64,000 nt of DNA from Kudoa neothunni (Eukaryota; Animalia; Cnidaria). Position numbers and translations under genes: made by a program. The stretch covers positions 6,383,120-6,447,119 of the forward strand of contig OZ199840.1 in NCBI GenBank assembly GCA_964304625.1, in the 5' to 3' direction. Of the stretch, positions 52,349-64,000 are shown one piece after another (position 1 is the first letter of the stretch; every line of letters begins with the position of its first letter). The notes under the pieces are model-generated. The model did no database searches. It worked only from the letters and a program-made list of their open reading frames with translations, and had not been told where the DNA came from.

Positions 52349-54011
52349 CGGCGTTTTCCAACTTATTTCTGACTTACATCCCTTTTCGTTGAGAAGGTAA
52401 AATCCGCATCCCCTCTACATATTACGAGGTGTAGCTCACTTAAAATTTTACTCATTAGCTTTACGTGTAATATAGAGCCGGTTCCAATAATTAAGTAAAG
52501 ATAATTTCGTTATTTCGTTCCAGTATAATTTCAATATTTTAAAATTTTCGAGAAAAAAATATGATCTTTTTATTGTTTTCGTTCGTAAGTATTAATAGTC
52601 ACGCTCATTTCTAAATTAATTAAGTAATACTAAAGTTTTACTTATTGATTTTTTGGGTAAAGCGCATCTCGTAAAATTTTTCTGCATCATATCAAAAAAA
52701 TGAAAACTGATAATATAATGAAAAATAATGATGTATTAATCAATTTTTATGATTTACATATTGTAAAATCGATAATTAAATTTAAAAAAGTTTCAATTGT
52801 GATCCAATCTCGCATCTTCAAAAAATTTAATTCGCACCTACTCTACCAGGAATGCGGGAACCGGCGTTGCCAACCCAAATCGGACATTGGGCGTAATTTT
52901 TGCCGGACAAAATCAGAATTTTTTGTAAAAACGGAACAAATATTTAATTATATGTATAAATATTAAGTTAATTTATAATTAACTCGGAAACTTCAAAGTT
53001 ATGACATTATTTTGTCGATGTGTTGAATAATTCCCTCATTCGAAACGAGATCATCTAATATAGAGCGCAACATTATATTCCTTCTGATGTTTTCGACATT
53101 TCCAGAAAAATAAAATTCTCTTTCCGTAAAAGCGTTAATCAGAGTTAATTAAAGTAAAGATGTGCTATATTTTCCGATGGAATTAAAAATATTTCGCCGA
53201 TAAACAATGTTCAAAAAGGCGATTATTGATAATTTAATTAATCAAACTTTGTTTTTGAGCCTTTTCAATTCCTTTAATTTCAAACAATTGTATTAAAGAT
53301 TTTCGTTCGAATTTGTAACAAAACAACAAATATATCTGTATGAGGTTTTATTTTTACGTACGATCATTCATTCATTAATATTAAAAAAAATTAATCAAGT
53401 AGATGATATTTAGGTATTAACAAAATTAGAATTTTTTGAAATTTGATAACCAACATTTGTGATGATAACTTAGCATTGGATATCACCAATATCAGAGTCT
53501 TTTTTTTTTAAATTCAAGCATTCAGAATTCCAACATATCAAACTCTGGGTGATAATTCCAAATGGTCCATGGTTATGATAAAACTGTCTCATCGCTAATA
53601 ATGATGAGAAAATATCCGAAATATCGGTCTCAACTGGAGCATAACATGTTAAATGTGTTAATTTTCATAAATTTTGGGAATGTTAGTTTTAACCTCAATT
53701 TTTGTATTAAGCGGACATTTTAAGAATTATTATGATGTATAATCGTAACTTGTCTTTGGTGAACTTCAATTGCAGACATTTTAATTTGAAATAAAACATT
53801 GTCCAAAGTAAAAAATTATCTACTTGAAGATTTCTCCTAATGAAATCAACAGCGATTAATTTCCATTTTTGTGAATTTGTAATAACTTCTTACCTTTGAA
53901 ACATTGTTTCTCGATTATTCAATGTTTCGAAGAACAAGAATAAAAGACAGAAAAAATAGGACATGGTTGACAACGTTGGCGGGAACGGGAACCCCATTTT
54001 TTAAAGCGCTG
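52349..54011. mobile_element. hAT-Charlie-type MITE interrupted by another hAT
   Basis: Ends CGGCGTTTTCCAAC / TTAAAGCGCTG; NTCTAGAN-like TSD ATCTAGAT/ATTTAGAG. Confidence 0.55.
52862..53978. mobile_element. Non-autonomous hAT element (1117 bp)
   Basis: TIRs CGGCGTTGCCAACC / GGTTGACAACGTTG; perfect 8-bp TSD GCGGGAAC (52854-52861, 53979-53986). Confidence 0.8.
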
Positions 54012-54248
54012 ATTTAGAGTAATATTAAAATAGAACGCCAATCAACACAAACTTCAGCAATTAGTTTATTTTCTATTCATTTCTATATGCGATCACATTT
54101 TATCTATAAAGTTCATTAAATTTTACCTTAATGTCGATCACGATTTCAAACGACATAATTTATAGTCATTAAAAGCTGTTAATAATTGCAAGAAAAAAAT
54201 TATTTGAAAAATAACAAAATTTAACTATAAGAATAGCGAGTTGAAAAC

Positions 54249-54734
54249 TTAATGATGTTCCGGCCTCACTTTGTATCCAATGTGTCTGTAACCGAATACT
54301 CTTCTCCTTCCAATAATCTCTCCAACGAAAAACCAAAATAACAGTTCAGTCATTACGATAGAAAAAACCGCGGCATCTTTGAGTGAGGAACTGAGAATGT
54401 ATTCTTGATCAAAATGGAGGATATATTGCACTCCCTAGAGGAGTTTCAATCCAATGAATATTTTAATGAGAGTAGCAAAAGATATACTTGCTTGAGATCA
54501 CTGACTGAATGTTTAAATGGAAACATATCGTACAATTGAATCGCTTTCTTTTGCAAAATTTCTATAAAATTAGTTATTATGTGAAAAAAAAACCTCTCAA
54601 CAAGAGAAGATTCGTGGCAAACCTCCAATTTCGATAGACTGAAGTAATGTAAACCTGTAAGCTTTTTGAACAACGGGTTTTTTGGCTATATTCATCACCG
54701 TGCCACTTAAACGAGTGATATAGGCGGACGACAT
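54249..54734 (-). CDS. ATP5MG: Mitochondrial ATP synthase subunit g, 4 exons
   Basis: Spliced MSSAYITRLSGT-VYITSVYRNWRF...-EILQKKAIQLYDMFPF...-GVQY...SLKDAAVFSIVMTELLFWFFVGEIIGRRRVFGY. The E..xWF.VGE.IG.R..GY signature of subunit g is present. Confidence 0.85.
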
Positions 54735-54827
54735 TTTTAAATTTTTCCCCCGATAATGAACGATCACATGCGTTAATAGTTCGTGGTGGTGTGCGAAGCA
54801 GCAATTACAATACTTTTAAGTGAGTAG
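54735..54827. promoter_or_regulatory. Putative bidirectional promoter (93 bp between start codons)
   Basis: Divergent ATGs of ATP synthase g (54734, -) and the AFG3L2-like gene (54828, +). Confidence 0.6.
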
Positions 54828-57757
54828 ATGTTAAATTTTTATGCAAATTCAAAATCTATAATATGGAACCAATATAGTTCTTTTTTGGTTCAACGGTATT
54901 TAAATTTCCCTCATTTTTCTCTACCAATAATTGCTTCAATTGTAGATCCATTCCAAAGTATCACACGTCGATTGGTTATATCTTGTCTCGACTTCCACGG
55001 AAATCCAATGAAACAACAAATGGGAAAAAGAAGGATGATTCTGATTTAATGAAAAATCTCGAGAAAACATTCAAAGATTTGGATAGTTTATTGAGGCGAC
55101 TACTTTCGGGGAAAAACAAGTCAAGCGCCAAACCAACACCTCCTCAAAATAAAAAAAACTCAGATAAAAAATCTGACGAGAATGATTTTGTTAGAAAAAA
55201 TTTTGAAAATGTCCAACGGGAAATTGAGCGAGAACAAAATATTTTGAAATATTCCCTAAGTAGATTTTTTTGAATTGATTACAATTAAAAAGGTTGTAGT
55301 TCTATTTCTAATGATAACAGTGCCGGCCTTGTATGATCACAATTTTTGCAGAGAGAGTAGAGCAGTAGAAATTTCTTATCGGGAGTTTGTGAATACGATA
55401 CTTCTTCCGAAGAAGTCTGAAACTAGTGGTGGTAGTGAATCGTCTATCAAAATGACAATCGTTGACGACTCGAAGGTGTTTGTGGAAGGTCACAGACTTG
55501 AAAATGTATCATATTTTGGAGTTAGACTTTAATCGTTTATGATTTTGGGATTTGGGTAGGGAAAAGAATGTTTCTTCTATATTTTGAATTCAGTCGATTT
55601 TGAGAAGCATCTAAAAGAAACACTGAAAATTCACGGCTTGAATGACAATTATGTACAAATAAACTATTGGAATAGTTTGTATGTTAGTTTTGGGTTGAAT
55701 AATTGAATAATTCGTGTTGAATTTGTTACTTGTAGAATTAAACTAACTCGATTGGGAGTGTTTTTAATTGGTGCGTATGTGTGGATCTTTGTACGTTTGG
55801 TCTCATTCTTCTTCAGACCATCCACAATGCCAAGACTTGTCGATATGGCTGTAAATAAGAATTGGCAGTAATTAGAATGACGGTTCAAATAATTTTTAGA
55901 AATCTCGAATCAACTCTACGTTGCCTACTAGAGCTATTGAACGGAAAAATTTTATTCCTGTTATAAGTGATAAACGGTTCAAGGATGTTATAGGATACAA
56001 GGAGCAGAAACAAGAATTGATGGAATTTGTGGATTTTCTTAAAAATCCCAAAAAATATCATGAAATTGGCGCAAAAATTCCTAGGGTAAGAAATATCTGC
56101 TGTCTTAATGAATCTACACACACGTGTATCACTATTTACTAATTATGTTGAATAGGGAGCAATTTTGTATGGTCCTCCTGGCACTGGTAAAACATTGCTT
56201 GCCAAAGCTGTCGCTGGTGAGGCTGGAGTGAATTTTTTTTCTGCTTCTGGTTCCGAATTTCAACAATTGTTTGTTGGTGTCGGCCCTCAACGTATCAAGG
56301 ATCTTTTTGAAGACGCCTCCAACGCATCACCATCAATCGTATTCATCGATGAGATCGATTCGATTGCTATCAGCAGAGCAAAAGCTAGCAAAAATACTCA
56401 CAATGAAAACACTGCCACTCTCAATCAACTTTTGGCTCTAATGGATGGATTTAAAACCAACAAAGATGTGGTTGTGCTTGCTGCAACAAATCGTTTCGAT
56501 CAGTTAGATTCTGCGATACTTCGTCCTGGTAGATTTGATCGTCATATTCTATTCGGTTCCCCAGATCTTGAATCGCGCTATGATATGTTCAAGTATTACC
56601 TTCTGAAGACTCCTCTCGAGGATTCAATTGATTATGTGGCCAATAGAATGGCCCTAATGACCACTGGTTTCGTTGGTAACATTATTCTACTACTTTTTTT
56701 ATTGTGGGAGTCAAATTATATTCGAATGTGAATTTAGGTGCGGATATCAGCTTGATTTGTAATGAAGCGGCTATTTTTGCGGCTAGAGATAATAATGACG
56801 TAGTGAAAATGCAAGATTTTGAGAGAGCTACTGATCGGGTTATTGTTGGTAATAATTATTTTGCTGTTATTAACAATACAACAATACGATCATGTGTTTT
56901 TGAGCGTTTATTTATGTTTGGCTAAATTTAGGTAGTAAAAGCAGTGTCAAGTTGCAACCACACGAAAGACAAATTGTATCGTTGAGAGAAGCTGCTAAAG
57001 CGGTGATGGCATGGTTCAATAAGGACGCTCAACCTATTCTAAAAGTAACCTAATGATTTACGGCGTTATATGGATAAGCGGTTGGTTGACTTGGGGTTGT
57101 TAGGTTAGTATTGTACCTAGAGGACAAGAACTCGCATACACACAGAAATACATCAAAGAGGAATACCTCACCAACAAAGAAAAAGTAATTATTTAATATC
57201 GAAATTCTCTTTCATTTTCCACCACACAGTTGGACGCGATGCTGATGGTTTTGTTGAGTGGGAGAGCCGCCGAAGATGTTATTCTCAAGCAGTTGTATTC
57301 GGTGGCGAGTGATGAACTGTTAAAAATTACAAATCTCGTCTACAAGCAAGTATCTCAACATGCTACGTGGAGGTTTTTCATTTACAATAGGTGGGGGTCT
57401 TTGGGATGGGCGATTCGATTAGAAATGTCTCGTTTCAATCGTTATCTATGGAAAATAAATCATTATTCCCATTACGCCCTGAATACAACAAACTAATTCA
57501 AGATGACATCGATTCCAATGTCAGAACAATTATTAACAACGCCTATGAAAGAACCAAGAAGATGGTAATCCTGCACAAAGATCTTATTGTCAAAGTATGT
57601 GGTGATGTTGTTGCTATATTGAAATCTGTGGTGATTTTCTGTAAATTAGCTCGCTAAATTCCTCAATGAACACGAACAGGCTGACAACAAAGATCTCATA
57701 TCGATTTTAGGCACTAGACCCTATACTGATGATGTGCTACGCAGAATTGATCATTGA
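54828..57757 (+). CDS. AFG3L2: AFG3L2-like mitochondrial m-AAA (FtsH family) subunit lacking the HExxH zinc motif
   Basis: [15 protein letters not shown]...[13 protein letters not shown]...GAKIPRGAIL, Walker [15 protein letters not shown] pore loop, Walker [29 protein letters not shown]41 domain: [21 protein letters not shown]...KVSIVPRG...LSGRAAE...ASDEL...FGM...ILGTRPY. Motifs are closer to AFG3L2 than to SPG7. Confidence 0.88.
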
Positions 57758-59622
57758 TTATAAAGTGCTTAAACTATTTTTATTAGTGTGTTTTTAAGCG
57801 TTGTTGTTATTGTAAACGTGAATTTTATTTTACGGATTTTGTGTTGAATGAATAAATAAAATAAGAGTTTTTGGAGTTAATGATTAGCCTCACATCAAAT
57901 AGGAAAACTTGTGTAAAAATTTAATCTTACTTCGAAAGGATTTTTTATCGGTATATAGAGTTTTAAGAGAAATACTCATTATTAAAGTTTTGCCAAGATA
58001 TACTTTTGTCACTGATTGGTACTAGCCAAGAATTGTTGATAATTAACCCCAAATATGCAATATTGGACAATACATCCGTCGAAATTTCATAACGTTAATA
58101 CAAGCTCTGCTTTAATTGTATCTAAGAATCGGATAACCTAGTAGAAGCTATGATTTTTTATTAATTATATTTAGCATAAATCGATTGTATCGACACATTA
58201 CTGTCAAGCCTCGCTGTGACTTTTCTATATTACTTGTGGTTGCAAAGAAACCCAATTTTAATGTATTACGTGATAATGGAGATAATAACGATAGTATTCC
58301 AATTATAATGAGCTAATTCAGACTTGGGGATATAATTATATTAAGTTTCGTCATTATGTACCTCTAAAATATAGAGCCTGTATTATAAACTACAATTTAT
58401 AGTTTATAGGTCACAATCTTTGATTTGTTGTCGTTTTTGAGTCCGATAGACTTCATTTTTTACCATTTAATTATATTTGTAAACTTTAAAAACATCTTAT
58501 GTACTTTAAAAATGATTTCTACTCATAAAGTGAATAGAAATTAAAAAATACTGCTTCGTCAATCACTCTCGCAAATTGACATACAATAAAAGAGAGGGTA
58601 ATTTTCAGAGAAAATTTAAAAACCCAATAAATTTTACTCACAAGCTGTATACAGATTTAATTTTCACAAACTGTTATATTTAATTATCTAGCCCACTCCT
58701 TCGCTTTTAAAGGCGTGAAATAAGTATAGTCAAAAATAATATAACTAGAATATCCTTTATCGTGTAAAGGACCTGTTTAAGTATTATTAGGTTACATTTC
58801 TACAGACATATGAGATATAAAGAAAATAGAATGATCCTAGTTTTATAAATACTTATTCTTAAAAAATTTTAAGCATTTCTATAAACATATTAAATGAGTT
58901 TTATAACCCTGAGTAATAAACGTCTTAGCGGTTTTAAGTAAGAAACAAACCGCAATGTAAAAGAATCCTCTTATTAAATTTTGACGCCATTTAATTTACA
59001 TCCTGTCATGTAAAATTTATCTCCGGTTTAGAACCCCTAACGTAGACGAAAGTTCGCTATGTCAACATTTATGTATAGAATCTAACAGAAAGTTTGAAAT
59101 GTAGTTATTAACTTATTCTGAATCATTTTATCAACAAAATTCTTCGTTTTTGGACCAAATTTTGATTAGAGGGTGTAATTTTTATAAGTTAAAGTATAAT
59201 CTTTTCATGTTTAAATTTGTTTTGTTTGCGGTCTATAGATAATATATTGCGGAAATATTTTTATCTATAACGATTTAAATAATTAACATGTTTAATAAAT
59301 AATTCGTCAGTAAGTATCATCAAATTACAGGAATAAACGAAAAGTAGATAAAAATCCTATTCTTATGTATCGTAACCATGTAAAAATTTTATTCTGTCTT
59401 TGAAATGAATTGAAAATTTATTTTATATCAAAGTTGTAAATAATAGCTTAACCCTTTAACGATTTTAGGGTAAATTTTACCACAAAGCGATTTTTTATTC
59501 ATTATATCTATTTGTTTCAATTTTTCGATCTTATCAAATCTTCGCTATTCCTGCAACTTATAATGATCTTTGTCTTTCGAACAAATTGGAAAAAATTAAC
59601 GAATAAAAAAGTTTTCATTTAA

Positions 59623-62600
59623 CCCTTCCGGTACCAACTGGGGTATTTAAGTGACCCCATATTATCTATTTTGTTTCTAAATCCAAAAATCAGCTTCTGA
59701 TAGTCTTCAAAATTTCAGAATACCTCAATTACTATTATTTCGATATTTTGATGAAAATATTTTTTACAATATAATTAAATCTAATGAATAGATTCAAAAA
59801 TAATACTAGAGTTAATTTTTAATGCATCGGATTAGTTTTCTAATGTTACATATTTGTTTTATAAATATCAAAAATAGCTTTATCACCCCGAAAATTTGAT
59901 AAAATCCGTTCTATTATATGATAAAATGGTGCGCCTTTCTAAATATTACCGCCTCGCGGATTAACGAGGATTAATCCGATTACGCCACGCGCTTAACATT
60001 TCTTGTGGATATTGAGGTAGCGACTGTTAAATAACTTTTTTTGAGACATCGGTAATATTTAGTATGAGACTAGACCAAACCATTGATGATGTTGAAAACT
60101 TATTGAGGATTCTTCTTCGGTAGATAATGATAGTCGCTCAGAATATGAAATATGTGAATCAGACGATTGTGTTATTAGTGATATAGATAATGATTCTATT
60201 TTTTCTTCCCCGTCTGGTCTTGAGTGGTCCAAAAGAATTTGTTCGAAAACGAAAACTAAATCACACAACATCGTTACTTCATCCTCAGGCATTTTAGATG
60301 AGACAAACAATATAACGTCCATTTTTGATGCCTTTGAATTGTTTATGTCGGATGATATAATTAGTGAGATAGTAAAATACAGCAACAAGTACTGCGAAGA
60401 AACTAACCCAGAGACACACACGACAATAACTAAAAATGAAATAAAAGCATTTATAGGCATATTAATCGCTGCTGGGCGTTCAAATGGTAAGATGCTTGCT
60501 CATAGGAATATGTGGGATGGTAGTCCATTATTCAAACAATTATTCTTCCCCACAGTGATGTCCAGAAACAGATTCACTTATATTTATAGAAAAATCCGTT
60601 TTGACGATAAAGCAAATAGAATTTATCGGTTTCAAATTACAAACGACAAATTCGAACCTTGCCGCCAAATTTTCGATCTGTTTAATGAAAATTGCTTGAA
60701 ATATTATTCACCAGGCACGCATATTACAGTGGATGAAAGGTTAGTAAGGTTTAGGGGTAAATGTCCGTTTCGGGATCAAACTTTGGGTGGCTGCAGACGT
60801 AGAAACGTCATACCTATTAAACATTCAACCGTATACTGGGAAGATCGGTGGAACAAGGGAAATAAATCAGGCTGAAAATGTTGTCACAAGACTTGTCTCT
60901 CCATTTTATAGAACTGGCCGAGGAGTGACCGTAGACAACTTTTTTACATCCGTTTCTTTAGCCACGAAACTCTTCAAAGAGAACCTGACATTGACAGGGA
61001 CAATTAGGTCGAATAAACGCGATATCCCCAAAGAATTTTTAAAATCGCCACGCCGAGAGGTTTTCTCCTCTCTGTTCGGGTTTTCTGGTCATCTTTCACT
61101 TTCTTCCTATGTACCCAAAAAGAACTATGCGGTCAATATATTGTCTACCGAATTTCATGATTCTTCAACAGAAGGCACATATAGAAAAAGACCAACGGTG
61201 ATTCTTCACTATAACAAAACCAAAGGTGGTGTTGATAATGGGGATAAAATGACCCAGTCATACTCCTGTTCGCGACCTACTCGTAGATGGCCACTGAAGA
61301 TTTTCATGGAAATCATTGGCATAGCTGCGTTGAACGCATATATTATTTGGATCCAACAAAATTCTGATTGGAAAAAAAATGATCGTAGCAAGCGACAGAA
61401 ATTTCTTCGCGAGCTTGCTATAGAATTGGCAACACCCAATGTAGCATATCGTCGTGAGAATTCCCATACTCTTCAATCCCACATAAAGTATGGTTTCCAA
61501 TTTTTTGAAATCTCTACCAATAATGACGATTTGACGATGTCTGAATCAAATTCCACTCAGCAATCAAAGAGAAATAGATGCCATTTTTGTCCTCGGAATA
61601 AGGATAAAAAATCCAGCCTGAGATGTTTCAACTGCCTCAAGTTTGTTTGCATAAAACATAGAGTAAAAAGAAATATTATTTATTGTTTGGATTGTACCGA
61701 TTCTTTGGAATAAATCGTGTTAATATATTTTTTTATTCGGCATATGGTTGCAGATTATAAATTATACACAAATTTTCACTAGTAATTGAGTGCGATGTGT
61801 AATTCATTTTACGATCTCTAATGCATTATCATTTATGACATATACAATTTTGGTCTATTATAATAAATAAATTCTACCCAAGGCTCAACGGATTCACAAT
61901 TTTTGAATTTATACACAGTCATGCCATTTGGGAGAAAAAATATCGGCCTGTTGAAAAAACGAATAAAATTAACCTCGCCACAGAGGAAAGAATAATTTTG
62001 TTTACAAAATAATTCTCTACTTTGAGAAATTTTACCAAATATGACTCGTAAAATTAAGAAAATATCTACATAAAAGTAAATATTCTAATTTCTGTTTTCG
62101 CTACTATTTTGCGAATTTCAAAAATAATAAAATAATGACAAGGCGAAAGTGATTTTGTTGTACAAATAAATATTAAAAATAATTACGTACAAATATGACA
62201 GATATGTTGAATATTATTTTTGGTGCCTTAAACACTGATGCTCAAATAATGCAAACTGAAGTCACTGCGCCATTCATTGTTTAAAAATATTATCATTTTG
62301 TGTATTATTCCATGGATGTAACTATTGACACGGCAAATAATATTTAGAGGTCACTAATTTTGGCTATATTTAATTATTTATATCACATCGCTTCGCTTTT
62401 GCCTGTCAGGAATAATTAAATAGAGCAGATTTTAAACGATTAAACCTATACAAAGTTTGTGAGTAAGAGTCGCTGAGATAAAAAATTTATATTGAGTAAG
62501 CGTACATGCAGTTTATGACTAAATTTTGTGTCTATAGCATCTGCCTACTAAAATTTATGAAATAATATAGATCAGCATTGGATAATAGAAGTCTTCGCTC

Positions 62601-63040
62601 ATATAGCTTAAATTTGATCAAAGCGGCAATCACACCGATCCATCATTAGCTACGGATTCACCGACTTATACCGAAAAGCGATGAGTATTTAGTTGCTGTG
62701 ATGGTCATTATTTTTTCTAATTATTCTTAATTTTTTGATCATTAGTCTTCCATATATCCTGTTTCGGCATAAAACTGATAATATTTGCTATTTATGCTAC
62801 ATTTTGATGCATTTGTATCATTGTCTGTGCAATGGTTTTCGTCATGAACAAAATGATTTATGTATAGGTCAAATAATAAAAACTAATTTTATTGGGCATG
62901 AATTATCATATTTGTGTCTCTTATTTTTGGTGAAATAGTTTCTAGCAGATTGAACAAGTTTAAGGTGTAATTCGGCTGGGGTACGTTAGTGACCCCAGTT
63001 GGTCACCCACGTTCTGTTATCGTAGTTGGTACAGGAAGGG
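59623..63040 (+). mobile_element. Inner near-full-length piggyBac (3418 bp)
   Basis: TTAA TSDs; 17-bp TIRs CCCTTCC(G/T)GTACCAACT (16/17); subterminal GGGGTA...GTGACCCC repeats. Confidence 0.93.
60064..61713 (+). pseudogene. piggyBac transposase, frameshifted
   Basis: TVDERL, VDNFFTS and KGGVDNGD (the DDD triad) plus the C-terminal Cys-rich domain are present. There is a frameshift near 60095, and a deletion at ~60772 removes QY.PSKP.KY (CPFR joins GIKLW out of frame). Confidence 0.9.
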
Positions 63041-63228
63041 TTAAAGATTATCCTCTAACGTTTTGGGGGATAAAATTTACCCCATATTTTTATCACTTTA
63101 ATATAAAGAGTATATTGTATACTGTGAAATAACGAATTTTTAGTAAAATCAAACGAGTAGATTTTAAGAAAACAACGAACAGAATGACTAGTTGATGTGA
63201 CGCGCGTGCGCGCGGCGCATAATTCCAA

Positions 63229-64000
63229 ATGAGAGACACAAGTGGTTTCATTGACGAATTAACCTCATCTGGAAGCGAATTTGATGACCAAATTATCGAT
63301 GAAAATGATATATCGGACGAAGAAATAGATTCAATTGATACCAGTGATAATAATTTAAAAAGTAAATATGGAATTCTTTGGACTTTGTCAAAACCATCTA
63401 CGAGAAAAACCTATGCCAAAAATATAATGAATTCCATTCCTGGTGCCATTTCAAATGCGTTGTTAGAAATAAAATCATTCATTGATTGTTTTTTGTTATT
63501 TTTTACTTCAGAAATTATCGGCATTATTATAAAGTACACAAATAAGCATGGAAACCATTATTTCAAAGATGAGTGGCAAGATATCGTAGAAGTTGAATTC
63601 AATGGTTATGTAGGTTTTTTAACATTAATGGCTATTCATACAGATAGGCAAGAACCGTTGCGCGAACTTTTTAGCGTCAATGAGAGCAAGGAAATTTACA
63701 GACGATTGTTTTCACATAAGCGCTTCACTCAAATTTCCAGATCCTTTCATTTTAACGACTTCAATACAAGATCGGAAAGGAAAACAGCTGATAAATTTTT
63801 CTCTATTCGTGAGATATGGGTTGATATACTGCCAAAATGTTTTGCTCCAAACCAAGATATTACAGTGGATGAGCAACTCGTATCATTTGGGGGAAGATGT
63901 CCTTTCCGTCAATATATGCTCATGAAACCGGCGAAGTATGACGTTAAGTTTTTTTTATCGGTGGATCCTACTTCCAACTATGTTTCAAATATCAGCGTGT
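63229..64000 (+). CDS. piggyBac transposase of the outer element (5' part, open to the window end)
   Basis: 257 stop-free codons: MRDTSG...SKYGILW...IIKYTN...DKFFSIREIW...TVDEQLVSFGGRCPFRQYMLMKPAKYDVKFF. Confidence 0.85.
   Translation, partial: MRDTSGFIDELTSSGSEFDDQIIDENDISDEEIDSIDTSDNNLKSKYGILWTLSKPSTRKTYAKNIMNSIPGAISNALLEIKSFIDCFLLFFTSEIIGIIIKYTNKHGNHYFKDEWQDIVEVEFNGYVGFLTLMAIHTDRQEPLRELFSVNESKEIYRRLFSHKRFTQISRSFHFNDFNTRSERKTADKFFSIREIWVDILPKCFAPNQDITVDEQLVSFGGRCPFRQYMLMKPAKYDVKFFLSVDPTSNYVSNISV

Larger units (their letters stand above)
59452..64000 (+). mobile_element. Outer piggyBac, runs off the right edge
   Basis: TTAA|CCCTTTAACGATTTTAGGGTAAATTTTACC. The matching subterminal repeat (TAACGTTTTGGGGGATAAAATTTACCCC) resumes right after the inner element. 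Confidence 0.8.

Noticed and set aside
61714-63000. Cargo gene in the inner piggyBac 3' region
   Set aside because: Only short, stop-riddled frames on either strand with no recognisable motif.

Overview
This is AT-rich eukaryotic (metazoan-type) nuclear DNA. It has fast-evolving genes, mostly very short introns (~35-60 nt) and dense, nested DNA-transposon relics. That pattern would fit a reduced parasitic animal such as a myxozoan or orthonectid (inference only). Intron-containing genes assembled by hand: ALAD/porphobilinogen synthase (+, seven 1-bp homopolymer frameshifts), an APT1/LYPLA-like alpha/beta hydrolase (+), XAB2/SYF1 (-), UPF2 (+), an SLC7A cationic amino acid transporter (-), a small DMAC1/DUF4536-like gene (-), GMP synthase (-), eIF1 (+), ATP synthase subunit g (-) and an AFG3L2-like m-AAA subunit (+). 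Mobile elements: five piggyBac copies plus a piggyBac MITE, several hAT/Charlie elements, Tigger/pogo, and Merlin. The most notable observations are three. (1) A ~131-bp TG...CA solo-LTR-like family with 5-bp TSDs is built around a tRNA-Lys(UUU)-derived core; there are three copies. (2) The AFG3L2-like subunit has intact ATPase motifs, but its HEAGH zinc motif reads REAAK, making it a putative pseudoprotease; it lies head-to-head with ATP synthase g. (3) The APT1-like protein has lost the Asp and His of its catalytic triad. All alignments were done by eye from recalled family motifs, and no database searches were run.
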